A stretch of 64,000 bases of DNA from Nitrosomonas sp. (GCA_021604405.1 BQJA01000002.1:25386-89385); one strand, 5' to 3'; shown: positions 50,723 to 63,089, counted from the stretch's first letter. Translations and numbers: made by a program. The notes: a model not told the origin generated them from the sequence alone.

Positions 50723-51127
50723 CTATTGAGTTTTAACAGGCGCTACGGGCGGTTTACAATAGACTCTGGCGGTAAACTCTTCATTGCGGCGTGCGTTTCT
50801 GATTACATCTCCACCTTCTCTGATACAAACCATGGTTGCCTGATCAAGGCTGGCAAAGTATTCATTTGACCCAGGCAGGTCGGATATCGGCGGAACGCTT
50901 TCCCTTATGCGCGCGCATACATCTGATTCATCGGGTTTAATAGGTTCGTCCACCATTGGGGGTAACGGACACAATCCACAGGGGTCGCCCGGACACAAGC
51001 ATCCTTTACACGCAGCCTGGACCGGTGCGGCAATGATACATAACCATAGCCCCATAGCAAATGGACCTATTATTTTCATCAATCCAATTAACCTAAATTT
51101 AATCATCCTCATCCTTAAAAATTCCAT
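50723..51127 (-). CDS. Secreted Cys-rich small protein
   Basis: Signal peptide ending PVQA, then CKGCLCPGDPCGLCP and three more Cys. The start may be 51106 (AAGGA upstream). Confidence 0.72.
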   Translation of the reverse strand: MEFLRMRMIKFRLIGLMKIIGPFAMGLWLCIIAAPVQAACKGCLCPGDPCGLCPLPPMVDEPIKPDESDVCARIRESVPPISDLPGSNEYFASLDQATMVCIREGGDVIRNARRNEEFTARVYCKPPVAPVKTQ

Positions 51128-51220
51128 CGAATTACGCTATTTATTTAATGTTTGTCAATTAAACACCAAAAAACTTGGACTAAATTCGCATAATCCTAAA
51201 AACCAAAACCGGACAGCGTA

Positions 51221-51244
51221 ACACTAAATGGCATTATTTAGTGT
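51221..51244. promoter_or_regulatory. Palindrome ACACTAAAT-N6-ATTTAGTGT
   Basis: Perfect 9-bp inverted repeat in a divergent promoter region. Confidence 0.35.
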
Positions 51245-51390
51245 CTAAGCTGCATGTGATTTTAACAATCAGTCGCGGCCATAGGGCAACACGCGTCAGA
51301 TCAATTCTTCAGGACTACCTAAATTCGCTACATATTATAAAACCATATAAAATGAGAACTTATGAAAATATTTTTGTCAGGAAATAAAAT

Positions 51391-52995
51391 TTGATAACGA
51401 CCGCCAATATCACGATGCAATTCGGGATAAAACCCTTATTCGAAAACGTCTCTATTAAACTTGGTAACGGCAACCGTTATGGCCTGATTGGTGGAAATGG
51501 CTGCGGGAAGTCTACGTTTATGAAGATTCTTGGCAACGATCTTGAACCGACATCCGGTAATATCAATGTTGGTAGTGGTGAGCGGGTTGGCAAGCTGCGT
51601 CAAGATCAATTCGCATTTGAAAATAATCTGGTCATTGATACCGTTATGATGGGCCATGAAGCACTATGGCATATCAAAGAGGAACGGGATGCGATTTATG
51701 CCAATCCAGATGCCTCGGAAGCGGATTATATGCATGCTGCTGAATTGGAGTCACGTTTTGCCGAATTAGACGGCTATTCCGCTGAAGCACGCGCAGGCGA
51801 ATTGTTATTGGGTGTTGGCATTCCTTTATCTCAGCATAAGAGCTCCATGCGTTCGGTAGCACCCGGCTACAAACTACGCGTATTACTCGCTCAAGCATTA
51901 TTTTCTGATCCGGATATTTTGCTAATGGATGAACCCACCAATAATCTTGACATTAATACAATACGATGGCTGGAAAATGTAATTAATGCCAGCAGCAGCA
52001 CGATTGTCATTATTTCCCATGATCGCCACTTCTTGAACAGCGTCTGCACCCATATGGCTGATCTGGATTATGGCGAAATTCGTATTTGTCCTGGCAATTA
52101 TGATGAATATATGACTTTGTCCACACAAGCTCGAGCGCGTCTGTTAGCGAACAACACCAAAAAGAAAGCCCAGATAGCCGAATTGCAAGCCTTTGTCAGC
52201 CGTTTTTCCGCCAATGCATCCAAAGCCCGGCAAGCGACCAGCCGGGCCCGACAGATTGAAAAAATAAAATTGGAAGACGTTAAGCCGTCCAGCCGTCAGT
52301 ATCCCTACATCCGCTTTGAAGTAGATGACAAGGAAAAACTGCATCGCTTGGCGGTTTCAGCTGATAATGTTAAAAAGCATTACCCTGATATGGCGCAGCC
52401 AATACTGAATAAATTTAATATCGATATCGAAGCGGGAGAAAAAGTAGCTATAATCGGCCCAAACGGTATCGGAAAAACAACGTTACTACGCTGCCTTGCA
52501 GGTGATCTGGAATTAGACATGGGTACAGTGAAATGGGCAGAGAAAGCGCGTTTAGGATATTTCCCGCAGGACCACGCAAGCGAATTTGAAACAGAACTAT
52601 CCTTGGCCGACTGGATAGCGCAATGGCGGCAAGAAAAAGATGACGATCAGGCGGTGCGCAGTACGCTTGGCAGGCTACTTTTTTCTGGTGACGAAGTCAA
52701 AAAATCAGCTCGCGTAATTTCCGGCGGCGAACAAAGACGCATGCTTTTTGGCAAACTTATTTTACAAAAACCCAATGTCTTGCTTATGGATGAACCGACC
52801 AACCATCTTGATATGGAATCGATTGAATCACTCAACAGCGCATTGGAAAAATATACCGGCACATTAATCTTTGTTTCTCATGACCGGGAATTTGTATCTT
52901 CACTCGCCAGCCGTATATTGGAAATCAATTCCAACGGAATAACTGATTTCAAAGGAAACTACGAAGATTATCTCCAAACACAGTATGCTGAATAA
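51391..52995 (+). CDS. ybiT: ABC-F family ATPase, YbiT-like
   Basis: Two ABC domains ([18 protein letters not shown]), DEPTNNLD and DEPTNHLD, no TM; ANITMQFG N-terminus. Confidence 0.9.
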   Translation: MITTANITMQFGIKPLFENVSIKLGNGNRYGLIGGNGCGKSTFMKILGNDLEPTSGNINVGSGERVGKLRQDQFAFENNLVIDTVMMGHEALWHIKEERDAIYANPDASEADYMHAAELESRFAELDGYSAEARAGELLLGVGIPLSQHKSSMRSVAPGYKLRVLLAQALFSDPDILLMDEPTNNLDINTIRWLENVINASSSTIVIISHDRHFLNSVCTHMADLDYGEIRICPGNYDEYMTLSTQARARLLANNTKKKAQIAELQAFVSRFSANASKARQATSRARQIEKIKLEDVKPSSRQYPYIRFEVDDKEKLHRLAVSADNVKKHYPDMAQPILNKFNIDIEAGEKVAIIGPNGIGKTTLLRCLAGDLELDMGTVKWAEKARLGYFPQDHASEFETELSLADWIAQWRQEKDDDQAVRSTLGRLLFSGDEVKKSARVISGGEQRRMLFGKLILQKPNVLLMDEPTNHLDMESIESLNSALEKYTGTLIFVSHDREFVSSLASRILEINSNGITDFKGNYEDYLQTQYAE

Positions 52996-53031
52996 TTTTC
53001 GTTTTCCAACTAACATGAACAATCAATCGCT

Positions 53032-53391
53032 ATGAAAATCAAATATATAAAAAACATACCCCTTTTTTCTATTTTTTTTCTGTGTAATATCCTCAACTCA
53101 TCCATTGTAATGGCCGAAGGAAGCATTGAGGCGCTTCAACAACGCGCGAATTTAGCATATGAGCAAATGATGAAGGCAAAATATAAAGCTGAAATGGCTG
53201 AAATGGAAAAGACGGATGCCGAAAAAGCGCTGCAACGCGTCAAAAAATCACTTGAGAGAGCTGAGCAGGAATCAGAAACTGTCCGAAAAAAATCAGAAGC
53301 GGCCGATTCTGCACTGAAACAAGCAGAGCAAAAATGGAACGAGGCATCTGACGCCCTTGCACATGAATGGAAAAGAAGCAGAAATAAATAA
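53032..53391 (+). CDS. Exported coiled-coil protein
   Basis: Signal-like N-terminus, continuous A/E/K/Q heptad helix. Confidence 0.72.
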   Translation: MKIKYIKNIPLFSIFFLCNILNSSIVMAEGSIEALQQRANLAYEQMMKAKYKAEMAEMEKTDAEKALQRVKKSLERAEQESETVRKKSEAADSALKQAEQKWNEASDALAHEWKRSRNK

Positions 53392-53579
53392 CCCGCATAA
53401 TCTCGATTTATGGTTTGGCACCAATCGGCCCAACGTAATGCCTAAGATAGATTTACTTCTATAAGCAGTTCTTCCACATTGACATACTAAACTTTAAAGG
53501 AAACCCGGACAAGCGCTTTGTCGTTGCAATGAATAACCGCACAGCAGCTATTCCGCGTACAGAATCATCTATATATTAA

Positions 53580-54005
53580 CTAGATCCCCCGTACCATCTT
53601 CACATGAGGAATCCCGGCGTCTAGAAAATCTTCTCCTGTCACCTGGAATCCAAATTTTTTATAAAAACCAACGGCAACAGTTTGCGCATTAAGCACTACC
53701 TGTGGAAGATGCTGTTTTTTTGCTTCGTCAAGTAGCCGACGCAGCATAGCACCACCGACACCTTTACCACGCGATTCTTTCAATACTGCCATACGTCCGA
53801 TATGCCCGTCTGGTAATAGTCTGGCCGCACCAATCGGCCATCCACACTGATCAATGGCGAGTAAATGCAAACAACCGCTGTCAAATTCATCCCATTCCAG
53901 CTCAACAGGAATATTCTGTTCTTTAATAAAAACAGTTTCTCGTACAATACGCAAATAATGACCATCATCTTGCCAGTTAGCAGTACGAATTGTATAAGTA
54001 ACCAT
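53580..54005 (-). CDS. GNAT acetyltransferase, ElaA/YjcF-like
   Basis: RETVFIKEQNIP..LEWDE.D, IGRMAVL, RGKGVG, FLDAGIPH. Confidence 0.92.
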   Translation of the reverse strand: MVTYTIRTANWQDDGHYLRIVRETVFIKEQNIPVELEWDEFDSGCLHLLAIDQCGWPIGAARLLPDGHIGRMAVLKESRGKGVGGAMLRRLLDEAKKQHLPQVVLNAQTVAVGFYKKFGFQVTGEDFLDAGIPHVKMVRGI

Positions 54006-54099
54006 GCATTTTATTTATATTTTACCCGGATCCTATTTCGCTACGTGCTTTTTTATTTCTATGCATCCTCCGACAAATTTTCGTACTTATACTGGATTG

Positions 54100-55404
<1,305 letters not shown>

Positions 55405-55453
55405 CTAAAGTCTCTGTATTCCATGTCTTGGTGAGAGTACGACAACATCCTGC

Positions 55454-56629
55454 TTACAATTCTCGAATTACCCAATCCCCACTCTGCCAGACAAGTTGTC
55501 TGTCGCAATTTGATGCGAATTGATCACTTTGTTGTCCAGGCAATTCAACGATAACAATTTCACCTGCTTGCCGAAGTTTTTTAATCTTATCTTCAAGCAC
55601 CCGATTATTTTTTTCAGATGGCGCCATAATCCCCTTGGCACAGGGTTCTGGCTTGATAAGGCGGGCTAATTCGCGCAAATCGGCACTAAATCCTGTCGCC
55701 GGCCGCGACCGACCAAATGCCTTACCGATTTCATCGTAGCGCCCACCAAGTGCAATAGCATTTGAACAACCTTTTGCATAAGCGGCAAAAACCATCCCAC
55801 TGTGATAGTGATATCCGCGCAAGTCGGCAAAATCAAACGCAATCGTGTCGACCAATGATTTCAACTCTTTTTCAACAGCCTCAAGCGCCGCCAGCGCCAT
55901 TCTTATTTCAGGCAAGTCAGGTAAAAATCGATATGCCTGGGCTAATATTTTCTTATCGCCATATAGTTCCGGTAGCAACATTAATGCTTGTTTTGTTGGC
56001 TCATCCACATACTTGCTTAAATCTGAGCACAGCGCTTTTAATGCAGCAATATCTTTCGCCTGTAAGATACGGTATAACTCGGTTTCTAATTCAGCAGGAA
56101 TAGCTGCAGTTTTAATCAATCCTCGAAAAACTGCGACATGACCAAGATCAAGATGAATTTGGCCTATTCCGGAGATAGCCAGACATTCCAGCATAAGCCG
56201 CTGTATTTCAATATCACTTTCTAGGCCAGCATGGCCAAAAAGCTCCGCACCGATTTGGAGTGGTTCACGAGTACGGGTTAATCCTGATGGCACGGTATGC
56301 AACACACTGCTTGCATAGCAAAGTCGTGTCACACCCTCACAATTCAACAAGTGTGCATCAATACGCGCGACTTGTGGCGTCATGTCGGCACGCAGACCCA
56401 TCATTCGTCCGCTCAGTTGATCAATTACTTTGAACATGTGCAATTCCATATCACTGCCCGATCCCGACAGTAAAGATTCAACATATTCCAGTAGAGGTGG
56501 ATTAACTAATTGATAGCCATGCACTAACAAAAAGTCAACAATTCGGCGACGCATTGTCTCGATATGCATTGCTTCTTCAGGCAAGATATCTTCGACATAT
56601 TCTGGAAGGAGCCAATTACGCATGCTCAA
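55454..56629 (-). CDS. hisZ: ATP phosphoribosyltransferase regulatory subunit
   Basis: WLLPEYVEDILP, LRADMTPQVARID, YHYHSG, GGRYD. Confidence 0.96.
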   Translation of the reverse strand: MSMRNWLLPEYVEDILPEEAMHIETMRRRIVDFLLVHGYQLVNPPLLEYVESLLSGSGSDMELHMFKVIDQLSGRMMGLRADMTPQVARIDAHLLNCEGVTRLCYASSVLHTVPSGLTRTREPLQIGAELFGHAGLESDIEIQRLMLECLAISGIGQIHLDLGHVAVFRGLIKTAAIPAELETELYRILQAKDIAALKALCSDLSKYVDEPTKQALMLLPELYGDKKILAQAYRFLPDLPEIRMALAALEAVEKELKSLVDTIAFDFADLRGYHYHSGMVFAAYAKGCSNAIALGGRYDEIGKAFGRSRPATGFSADLRELARLIKPEPCAKGIMAPSEKNNRVLEDKIKKLRQAGEIVIVELPGQQSDQFASNCDRQLVWQSGDWVIREL

Positions 56630-56789
56630 GACTTATAATCTGAAAAAACACGAGAAAATGATTCAGCAATACCACCGCTTGGTTGGCAACAAGACAAGCT
56701 AAATATCGCAGAAGTGAATAGTTATTTTTGAACCAATGATATGACCAAGAATAGCAGATTTAGCAACTATCTATTTATTTTAGATAGCA

Positions 56790-56975
56790 TCAACTCAGCA
56801 GCATTAGTAATAATAAGCCAACCATCATAGCACTTAGGCCTATAAAACGAATCTGACCATCTCCCATTTCAATCAATTTTTTGAATGCTTCACGCCAAGT
56901 CCGCGGAGATAGGAAAGGCATCATCCCTTCTAATATCAACATTAATGCGATCGCAATCAGAAAAGTATCCCACAT
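56790..56975 (-). CDS. DUF2065 (YjeT-like) membrane protein
   Basis: ALMLILEGMMPFLSP..WR...IRFIG; conserved position between hflC and hisZ/purA. Confidence 0.9.
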   Translation of the reverse strand: MWDTFLIAIALMLILEGMMPFLSPRTWREAFKKLIEMGDGQIRFIGLSAMMVGLLLLMLLS

Positions 56976-57141
56976 ATCGCCACAACTCCAAAAAGATAAG
57001 AAACTTCTGACATTTCAACACAACACCGCACAAGCAACGATGTAATTTTCCACCAAAAGTATGGTAGAAATAATTCGTTAACAATAAGTCACCCTTAGAA
57101 GCGGATTTAAAAGATGCGCTAGCACAATTATCGCCACAAGG

Positions 57142-57237
57142 AAAAATAAACAAACCTGTCTCCAAACATACGAAACAGGTTTATCGAACGGATAGCTTGA
57201 TCTTGCTTTCTCAAAACTATCCCGCTTCGACAAACCT
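57142..57237 (-). terminator. Intrinsic terminator overlapped by an upstream competing hairpin
   Basis: Terminator AAACCTGTTTC-N9-GAGACAGGTTT plus GTTTATTTTT. An upstream arm starting AGGTTTGTCGAA can pair with TTCGATAAACCT and capture the 5' arm of the terminator. Confidence 0.6.
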
Positions 57238-57261
57238 TTTCAATTTAGCAAACGTAAGATT

Positions 57262-58140
57262 TTAATTTGATTCTGATTCTGGTTCTTTCAGGTATTTGAA
57301 GAAATCCGACGAAGGATCAAGTACCATCAGATCCCCTTTGGACTTAAAAGCCTGCTGATACGCTTCCATACTACGATAGAATGAATAAAATTCAGCGTTT
57401 TTATCAAATGCCGTTGCATAAATCGCTGCGGCCTGGCTATCACCCTCACCCATCGTTTTCTGAGCATCACGATAAGCCTCCGCCATGATCACCTCACGTT
57501 GCCGGTCCGCATCCGCACGAATCTTTTCTGATTCTGCTGCACCGGTTGAACGCAATTCATTCGCCACACGTTTCCGCTCTGCTTCCATCCGGCGGTACAC
57601 TGACTCACTGACTTCACGAGGCAAATCGACGCGTTTCAAACGCACATCAACAACCTCCACACCAATTTTGCGTGCATCTTCATCTGCTTTCTGGCGCATA
57701 ATCTCCATAATGAGATCCCGTTCTCCAGAAATTACGTCGTGTACGGTGCGATTACCAAATTCGTCACGCATACTTGAGTTGATGGTCTGAGCCAAACGTG
57801 TTTGTGCTAACGATTCATCGCCACGCACACTAATGAAGTATTGCGTCAGATCAACAATACGCCATTTGACAAAAAGATCCACCAACACATTCTTTTTCTC
57901 AGAAGTAATAAAACGCTCCGGTTCTTCAGCATCCATTGTCAAGATTCGTTTTTCAAAAAAACGTACATTCTGTGCAATAGGAATTTTAAAATACAAACCG
58001 GGCTCGGTCTTCACAGAAACAACTTCACCCAATTGGAATAACAGGGCTTGCTGCCGTTCATCTACAATATAGATAACCTGGCTCCCCACCAAAACGAGTA
58101 CGATAACTATTCCTGCCAATACTGATGTAAAATTTTTCAT
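57262..58140 (-). CDS. hflC: FtsH modulator HflC
   Basis: SPFH domain, ITSEKKNVLVD, RMEAERKRVA. Confidence 0.97.
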   Translation of the reverse strand: MKNFTSVLAGIVIVLVLVGSQVIYIVDERQQALLFQLGEVVSVKTEPGLYFKIPIAQNVRFFEKRILTMDAEEPERFITSEKKNVLVDLFVKWRIVDLTQYFISVRGDESLAQTRLAQTINSSMRDEFGNRTVHDVISGERDLIMEIMRQKADEDARKIGVEVVDVRLKRVDLPREVSESVYRRMEAERKRVANELRSTGAAESEKIRADADRQREVIMAEAYRDAQKTMGEGDSQAAAIYATAFDKNAEFYSFYRSMEAYQQAFKSKGDLMVLDPSSDFFKYLKEPESESN

Positions 58141-59340
58141 TTATCTTGTCTCCCTTTCGCGGTCACGAAATGACTCGCGTCCACGTACGGTGCTATTCGG
58201 CGCCACTTCCTGGACAACTGGTGATTGCTGTTGCTGCATGCCGGACAAAGGCGCTGGTGTTGCTGATGAAGACTCACTCATTTGCACTAACCTGTCCAAA
58301 GGTAAATACAGCAAATTATTTCCACCTTCCTGGTCGATCATTATTTTGCTGGCATTTGAAAGCACTTGCTGCATCATATCCAGATATAAACGCTCACGCG
58401 TCACATCTGGCGCCTTACTGTATTCAACCAGTATTTGTTCAAAACGGCTGGCATCACCTTCGGAGCGTGCTATCACACGGTCCTTGTGTCCCTCTGCCTG
58501 TTCGAGCAAGCGCGCGGCGTTACCTCTGGCACGCGGGATCACATCATTCGCATAGGCTTCACCTTCATTTTTCTGCCGTTCCCGATCCTGACCCGCTTTT
58601 ACAGCATCATCAAATGCAGCCTGGACTTGCTCCGGTGGCTGCGCATTCTGCATATTAACGCGGCTGATCGCAATTCCGATTTCATAGCGGTCCAGAATTA
58701 TTTGCATTAACTGTAATGCTTGAGCTGCCACATCTTCACGTCCTTCATAAAGCACATAATCCATTTCACTTTTACCGATAATCTCCCGAATCGCTGTTTC
58801 GGCAGCCTGCAATACCGCATCGTCAGGGTCACGGTTATTAAACAGATATTTTTCCGGATCGTTCAGGATATATTGCACCGCAAACTGGATATCAACGATA
58901 TTTTCATCGTCCGTAATCATGAGCGCTTCTTTTAAAACCTTGCTCCTAACATTATTACGATAGCCAATTTCAACAGTTCTGACCTGACTCACATTAACAA
59001 GCTCTACTTGTTCTATGGGAAAAGGAAAATGCCAGCGCAAGCCGGCAGGCGTCGTAGCAACATATTGACCAAATCTTAACACTACGCCACGGTGGCCTTC
59101 GTTAACGATATAAAATCCACTCGCTACCCATGCGACCAGCAGTATCCCAATTAATAACAAGACACCACCGGTACTGTACTGCTTAGGGTTTTTACCGCGA
59201 GAACCGCCATCACCCCCATCACCACCTTTCTTTCCAAATATATCACTGATTTTCTTGTTTACATTACGTAACACATCATCCAAATCAGGCGGGTTATCAG
59301 CGCCTTTCTTTTTTCCCCATTGAGGGTCGTTTAATCCCAT
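58141..59340 (-). CDS. hflK: FtsH modulator HflK
   Basis: NDPQWG...PPDLDD, MITDDENIVD, QPPEQVQAAFDDAVKA, YLPLD. Confidence 0.97.
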   Translation of the reverse strand: MGLNDPQWGKKKGADNPPDLDDVLRNVNKKISDIFGKKGGDGGDGGSRGKNPKQYSTGGVLLLIGILLVAWVASGFYIVNEGHRGVVLRFGQYVATTPAGLRWHFPFPIEQVELVNVSQVRTVEIGYRNNVRSKVLKEALMITDDENIVDIQFAVQYILNDPEKYLFNNRDPDDAVLQAAETAIREIIGKSEMDYVLYEGREDVAAQALQLMQIILDRYEIGIAISRVNMQNAQPPEQVQAAFDDAVKAGQDRERQKNEGEAYANDVIPRARGNAARLLEQAEGHKDRVIARSEGDASRFEQILVEYSKAPDVTRERLYLDMMQQVLSNASKIMIDQEGGNNLLYLPLDRLVQMSESSSATPAPLSGMQQQQSPVVQEVAPNSTVRGRESFRDRERETR

Positions 59341-59360
59341 AATTATTCCCGCTTTGTTTA

Positions 59361-60548
59361 TTAAAAATAAGCTGTCGTGCAGCCACTCGTTACTTTTTCA
59401 TCAACCAAAGATTCTCTGCACAGTCCCCTTGAATCCTTTGCCATTGCTTCAGCCAGCGCCAGCTTGACAAAAGACATTCCCTCACCTGTTTTTGCACTTG
59501 TGCGAATTCGCGCTATTCTACCATACTCATCACGCTTATACCCTGCTGCGGCACCTGCAGAATGATTATCCAGATCAATCTTATTTAGCACAAGAATTTG
59601 TGGAATCGTATCCGCATTTATCTCTTTTAATAAGTTATTTACAGCCTCAATCTGCTCATCTTGATTAGTGCTGCTTGCATCGACGACGTGCAATAGGATA
59701 TCAGCCTGAACAGTCTCTTCAAGCGTCGCACGAAACGAAGCCACAAGCGTATGCGGCAAATCACGAATAAAACCAACTGTATCAGAAACAACCACAAAAT
59801 CCCGCTCCGAAATAAATAATTTCCGTGTCGTTGTATCTAATGTAGCAAATAATTGATCCGCAGCATATGTCTGTGCACGGGTTAATTTGTTAAACAAGGT
59901 AGATTTGCCGGCGTTGGTATAACCCACAATGGAAACAGACATGACGTTAGTCCGCTGCCTAGAACGCCGCTGCACGTTACGTTGACGCTGCAGCGCAGCT
60001 AGTCTCTTTTTCAATAACTTCATCCGTTTTCCGATCAGTCGCCGATCGGTTTCTAACTGCGTTTCCCCGGGACCACGCAAGCCAATGCCACCTTTCTGCC
60101 GTTCCAGATGCGTCCAGCCCCGAATCAACCGAGTCGACAAGTGTTCAAGCTGCGCCAATTCTACCTGCAGCTTTCCTTCATGACTCTGTGCACGCTGTGC
60201 GAAAATGTCTAAAATAAGACTGGTTCGGTCTATAACCTGGCACTGAAATCGTTGCGACAAATTACGCTGCTGACCAGGAGACAGTTCATGATTAAAGATC
60301 ACCAGCGAGGCATCACATTGCACCCGTGCCGTATTAATTTCATCCAATTTACCACTGCCTACGAATGTGGCAGGATTAGGCCGCATGCATTTTCCTGTCA
60401 CAACTGCACCGATTGTTATCTTATCACTGGTGACAAGTTGCTGTAACTCTTCGACACGTTCTGTATGGTTGCCCTGACCAAAATCCAAACTAACCAGAAC
60501 TGCGTTATTTGTATGATTGGCAGCCGTCTTACCAGGATAATCAAGCAT
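59361..60548 (-). CDS. hflX: Ribosome-splitting GTPase HflX
   Basis: [31 protein letters not shown]; the start overlaps the hfq stop. Confidence 0.97.
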   Translation of the reverse strand: MLDYPGKTAANHTNNAVLVSLDFGQGNHTERVEELQQLVTSDKITIGAVVTGKCMRPNPATFVGSGKLDEINTARVQCDASLVIFNHELSPGQQRNLSQRFQCQVIDRTSLILDIFAQRAQSHEGKLQVELAQLEHLSTRLIRGWTHLERQKGGIGLRGPGETQLETDRRLIGKRMKLLKKRLAALQRQRNVQRRSRQRTNVMSVSIVGYTNAGKSTLFNKLTRAQTYAADQLFATLDTTTRKLFISERDFVVVSDTVGFIRDLPHTLVASFRATLEETVQADILLHVVDASSTNQDEQIEAVNNLLKEINADTIPQILVLNKIDLDNHSAGAAAGYKRDEYGRIARIRTSAKTGEGMSFVKLALAEAMAKDSRGLCRESLVDEKVTSGCTTAYF

Positions 60549-60786
60549 CAATTTTATCAGATGGTTCGATTGGAATCGTAACTGCTCTTGCAGGAACCAC
60601 AGTGGAAATTGCGTGTTTATATACCATTTGCGTAACAGAATTTTTCAGCAGCACGACATATTGATCAAACGATTCAATATACCCCTGCAATTTAATACCG
60701 TTGACCAAATAAATCGAAACCTGAATATGCTCCTTTCGCAGAGAATTTAAAAATGGATCTTGCAATAATTGCCCTTTGGTTCCCAT
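60541..60786 (-). CDS. hfq: RNA chaperone Hfq
   Basis: [27 protein letters not shown]. Confidence 0.99.
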   Translation of the reverse strand: MGTKGQLLQDPFLNSLRKEHIQVSIYLVNGIKLQGYIESFDQYVVLLKNSVTQMVYKHAISTVVPARAVTIPIEPSDKIDA

Positions 60787-61079
60787 GAGTGACTCCCTAT
60801 TTTAATTATTGGAAGAGTAACTTTACGCTATTTTCAAACCTTAAACCACATTATCAATATTGGCAATAAAAATTATCAGGCCAGCAGTCGTTATCAGAGA
60901 AGGATTTCTACTGCTGGCGACAATTTTGTCACCATAAATTTCTACACCCTTTACTTAAAAATTATGTGATGCCAGGATGTTATTGATATCTACCAACACA
61001 TTGTTTTGCATTAAGCTAAAACCAAACGACGGCATAAAAATAATTAAAACGAAGTTTATCTATCGACGAACAACGCACT

Positions 61080-61107
61080 CCCCAAGCTGCAGCTATACAG
61101 CTTGGGG
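61080..61107. terminator. Hairpin downstream of the peroxidase gene
   Basis: CCCCAAGCTG-N8-CAGCTTGGGG, perfect 10-bp stem with no clear U-tract. Confidence 0.4.
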
Positions 61108-61178
61108 CCATGACCGATAAAAATCCGCTTCATAAAAAAATACTGCAAAACGGATATTATGATGCGTTATATTGTAAT

Positions 61179-62177
61179 TTAAAAGGGTTCAGGCCGTGGT
61201 GTTTTATTGTTGGAAGGCGGCAATATAGGCAGCTTAATATCCGGCTGCTCACCAGTTAAGGTTTTCAGGAAAGCAACAATGCTGGCAATTTCCTTCTCAT
61301 TGAAATCGATGTCCAATTGCACCTTACCCATAATTTTGACAGCTTCTTCCAATGTCCAAACTGCACCATCATGAAAGTAAGGATAGGTCAATTCAACATT
61401 ACGCAAGGTTGGCACTTTGAAAAAATGCAAATCGCTATCTTTGCCTGTTACGGATTTCCTTCCTTCTATTTTACTTTCTGTTTCATACGTATGATAGACG
61501 CCAAATTTTTGATAGATTGTACCACCAGCAGCTGGGCCATTATGGCAGCTTGTACAACCACTGCTTTTAAATAATTTATATCCTTCCAACTCTTGTTTAT
61601 TCAGCGCTTTTTTATCCCCTTCCAGCCATTTATCGAAGCGCGAACCAGGCGTTACCAACGTTTCTTCAAATTCCGCAATGGCCGTCGTCGCTCGGTCTAT
61701 ATCTACTTTATCAGACCCGAACGCTTTTTCAAAAAGCGCGCGATATTGCGGAATAGAACTCACAATCTCTATTGCCAAATTGTGACTTGAAGCCATTTCA
61801 CCTGGATTAGCAATTGGACCACCTGCCTGCTCTTTAAGATCCGCAGCGCGCCCATCCCAGAATTGCGCCAAATTCATATTGGCGTTTAACACCGTTGGCG
61901 CATTAATCGGTCCTTGTTGCCATGAATGACCAATAGAGGTCGGGATATTGTCGGTTCCTCCCATACTAAGATTGTGACATGAATTACAAGATATAAAACC
62001 GGATTTAGATAAACGCGGATCAAAAAATAACATTTTACCCAACTCGACCAAATCAGGATTCTCTGGCTTGACAGCTTTAATTGGCTGTATGGGCTCGTTG
62101 GCTGATGCTGTCACATTAACCGTAGTGACAATAGCGCCAATTGAAAACAACGACACAAACAGTCTACGTACCATCAT
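61179..62177 (-). CDS. ccpA: Di-heme cytochrome c peroxidase
   Basis: LFFDPRLS, CNSCH and CTSCH, QFWDGRA, FKVPTLRN, YFHDG. Start moved to the ATG at 62177. Confidence 0.95.
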   Translation of the reverse strand: MMVRRLFVSLFSIGAIVTTVNVTASANEPIQPIKAVKPENPDLVELGKMLFFDPRLSKSGFISCNSCHNLSMGGTDNIPTSIGHSWQQGPINAPTVLNANMNLAQFWDGRAADLKEQAGGPIANPGEMASSHNLAIEIVSSIPQYRALFEKAFGSDKVDIDRATTAIAEFEETLVTPGSRFDKWLEGDKKALNKQELEGYKLFKSSGCTSCHNGPAAGGTIYQKFGVYHTYETESKIEGRKSVTGKDSDLHFFKVPTLRNVELTYPYFHDGAVWTLEEAVKIMGKVQLDIDFNEKEIASIVAFLKTLTGEQPDIKLPILPPSNNKTPRPEPF

Positions 62178-62327
62178 AGGTAATTCCCTTAAAATACGGC
62201 TGTAATGGCGCAGCCGGTTACGCCTGTAGCAGCTCAAACTTTCTTCTACTACTAACTAATGAACCGATATGTATTAAATCATTCAAGAATGCTTCAACCA
62301 TGGCCAGATTGATTTATTATTTCTGAG

Positions 62328-62867
62328 TCACGTTTCAGCAATTTTTTTCTCCGTGTAATCATCATGGGTTTTATGACCATGGACATTACTGCGAGGTATA
62401 TTGAGTAATCTTGATAATTCTGTGAGTGCCTGCTGATAAACCTTCCGTTTAAATTCAACAACTGATTCCAGTTCTACCCAGTATTGATTCCAGCGCCATG
62501 CGTCGAATTCAGGATTCGCGCTGGTACGCAAGGAAACATCACTGTCCCGGCCAATTAACCGCAACAGATACCAAATCTGCTTTTGTCCTTTGTAATTTCC
62601 GCGCCATTCACGTCTGATCCAGCGATCCGGCACTTCATACCGCAACCAGTCCTTAGTCCGCCCGACAATCTCAACATGATTCGAAAGAAGTCCAATCTCC
62701 TCGGTTAATTCACGGTACATTGCCTGTTTTGGACTCTCTCCCGCCTTAATTCCGCCTTGAGGAAATTGCCAGGCATTTTGTTTTATACGTTTCCCCCAAA
62801 AAACCTCGTTCCTGGAATTAAGCAGGATAATGCCGACATTGGGACGATATCCATTACGGTCTATCAT
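62328..62867 (-). CDS. rppH: RNA pyrophosphohydrolase
   Basis: [32 protein letters not shown]. Start at ATG 62867. Confidence 0.96.
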   Translation of the reverse strand: MIDRNGYRPNVGIILLNSRNEVFWGKRIKQNAWQFPQGGIKAGESPKQAMYRELTEEIGLLSNHVEIVGRTKDWLRYEVPDRWIRREWRGNYKGQKQIWYLLRLIGRDSDVSLRTSANPEFDAWRWNQYWVELESVVEFKRKVYQQALTELSRLLNIPRSNVHGHKTHDDYTEKKIAET

Positions 62868-63089
62868 GTGGTCACCCGTTTGCCCCATTAAATAGCCTAG
62901 ATTTTTTCATATTTTGCTTAAGATTGAAAGTGATCAACAAACAAAAATCCCTACTTATAACACCGATTATAATTACTTTCTTTTTAAGTGTTAATTCTTA
63001 ACCAGCCACTCACAGACTAAACCACACCTTGCTCAGTCTTTCAAGGTAAAATTGCTCCCTACTTATTATCATCACATTGGAATCTAGCT

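Noticed and set aside
50990-51013. CKGCL as a heme-binding motif in the Cys-rich protein
   Set aside because: Lacks the His of CxxCH.
62924-62937. TTGAA-AGTG-ATCAA near the rppH/proS promoters
   Set aside because: One mismatch, no correctly spaced -10, and an AT-rich background.
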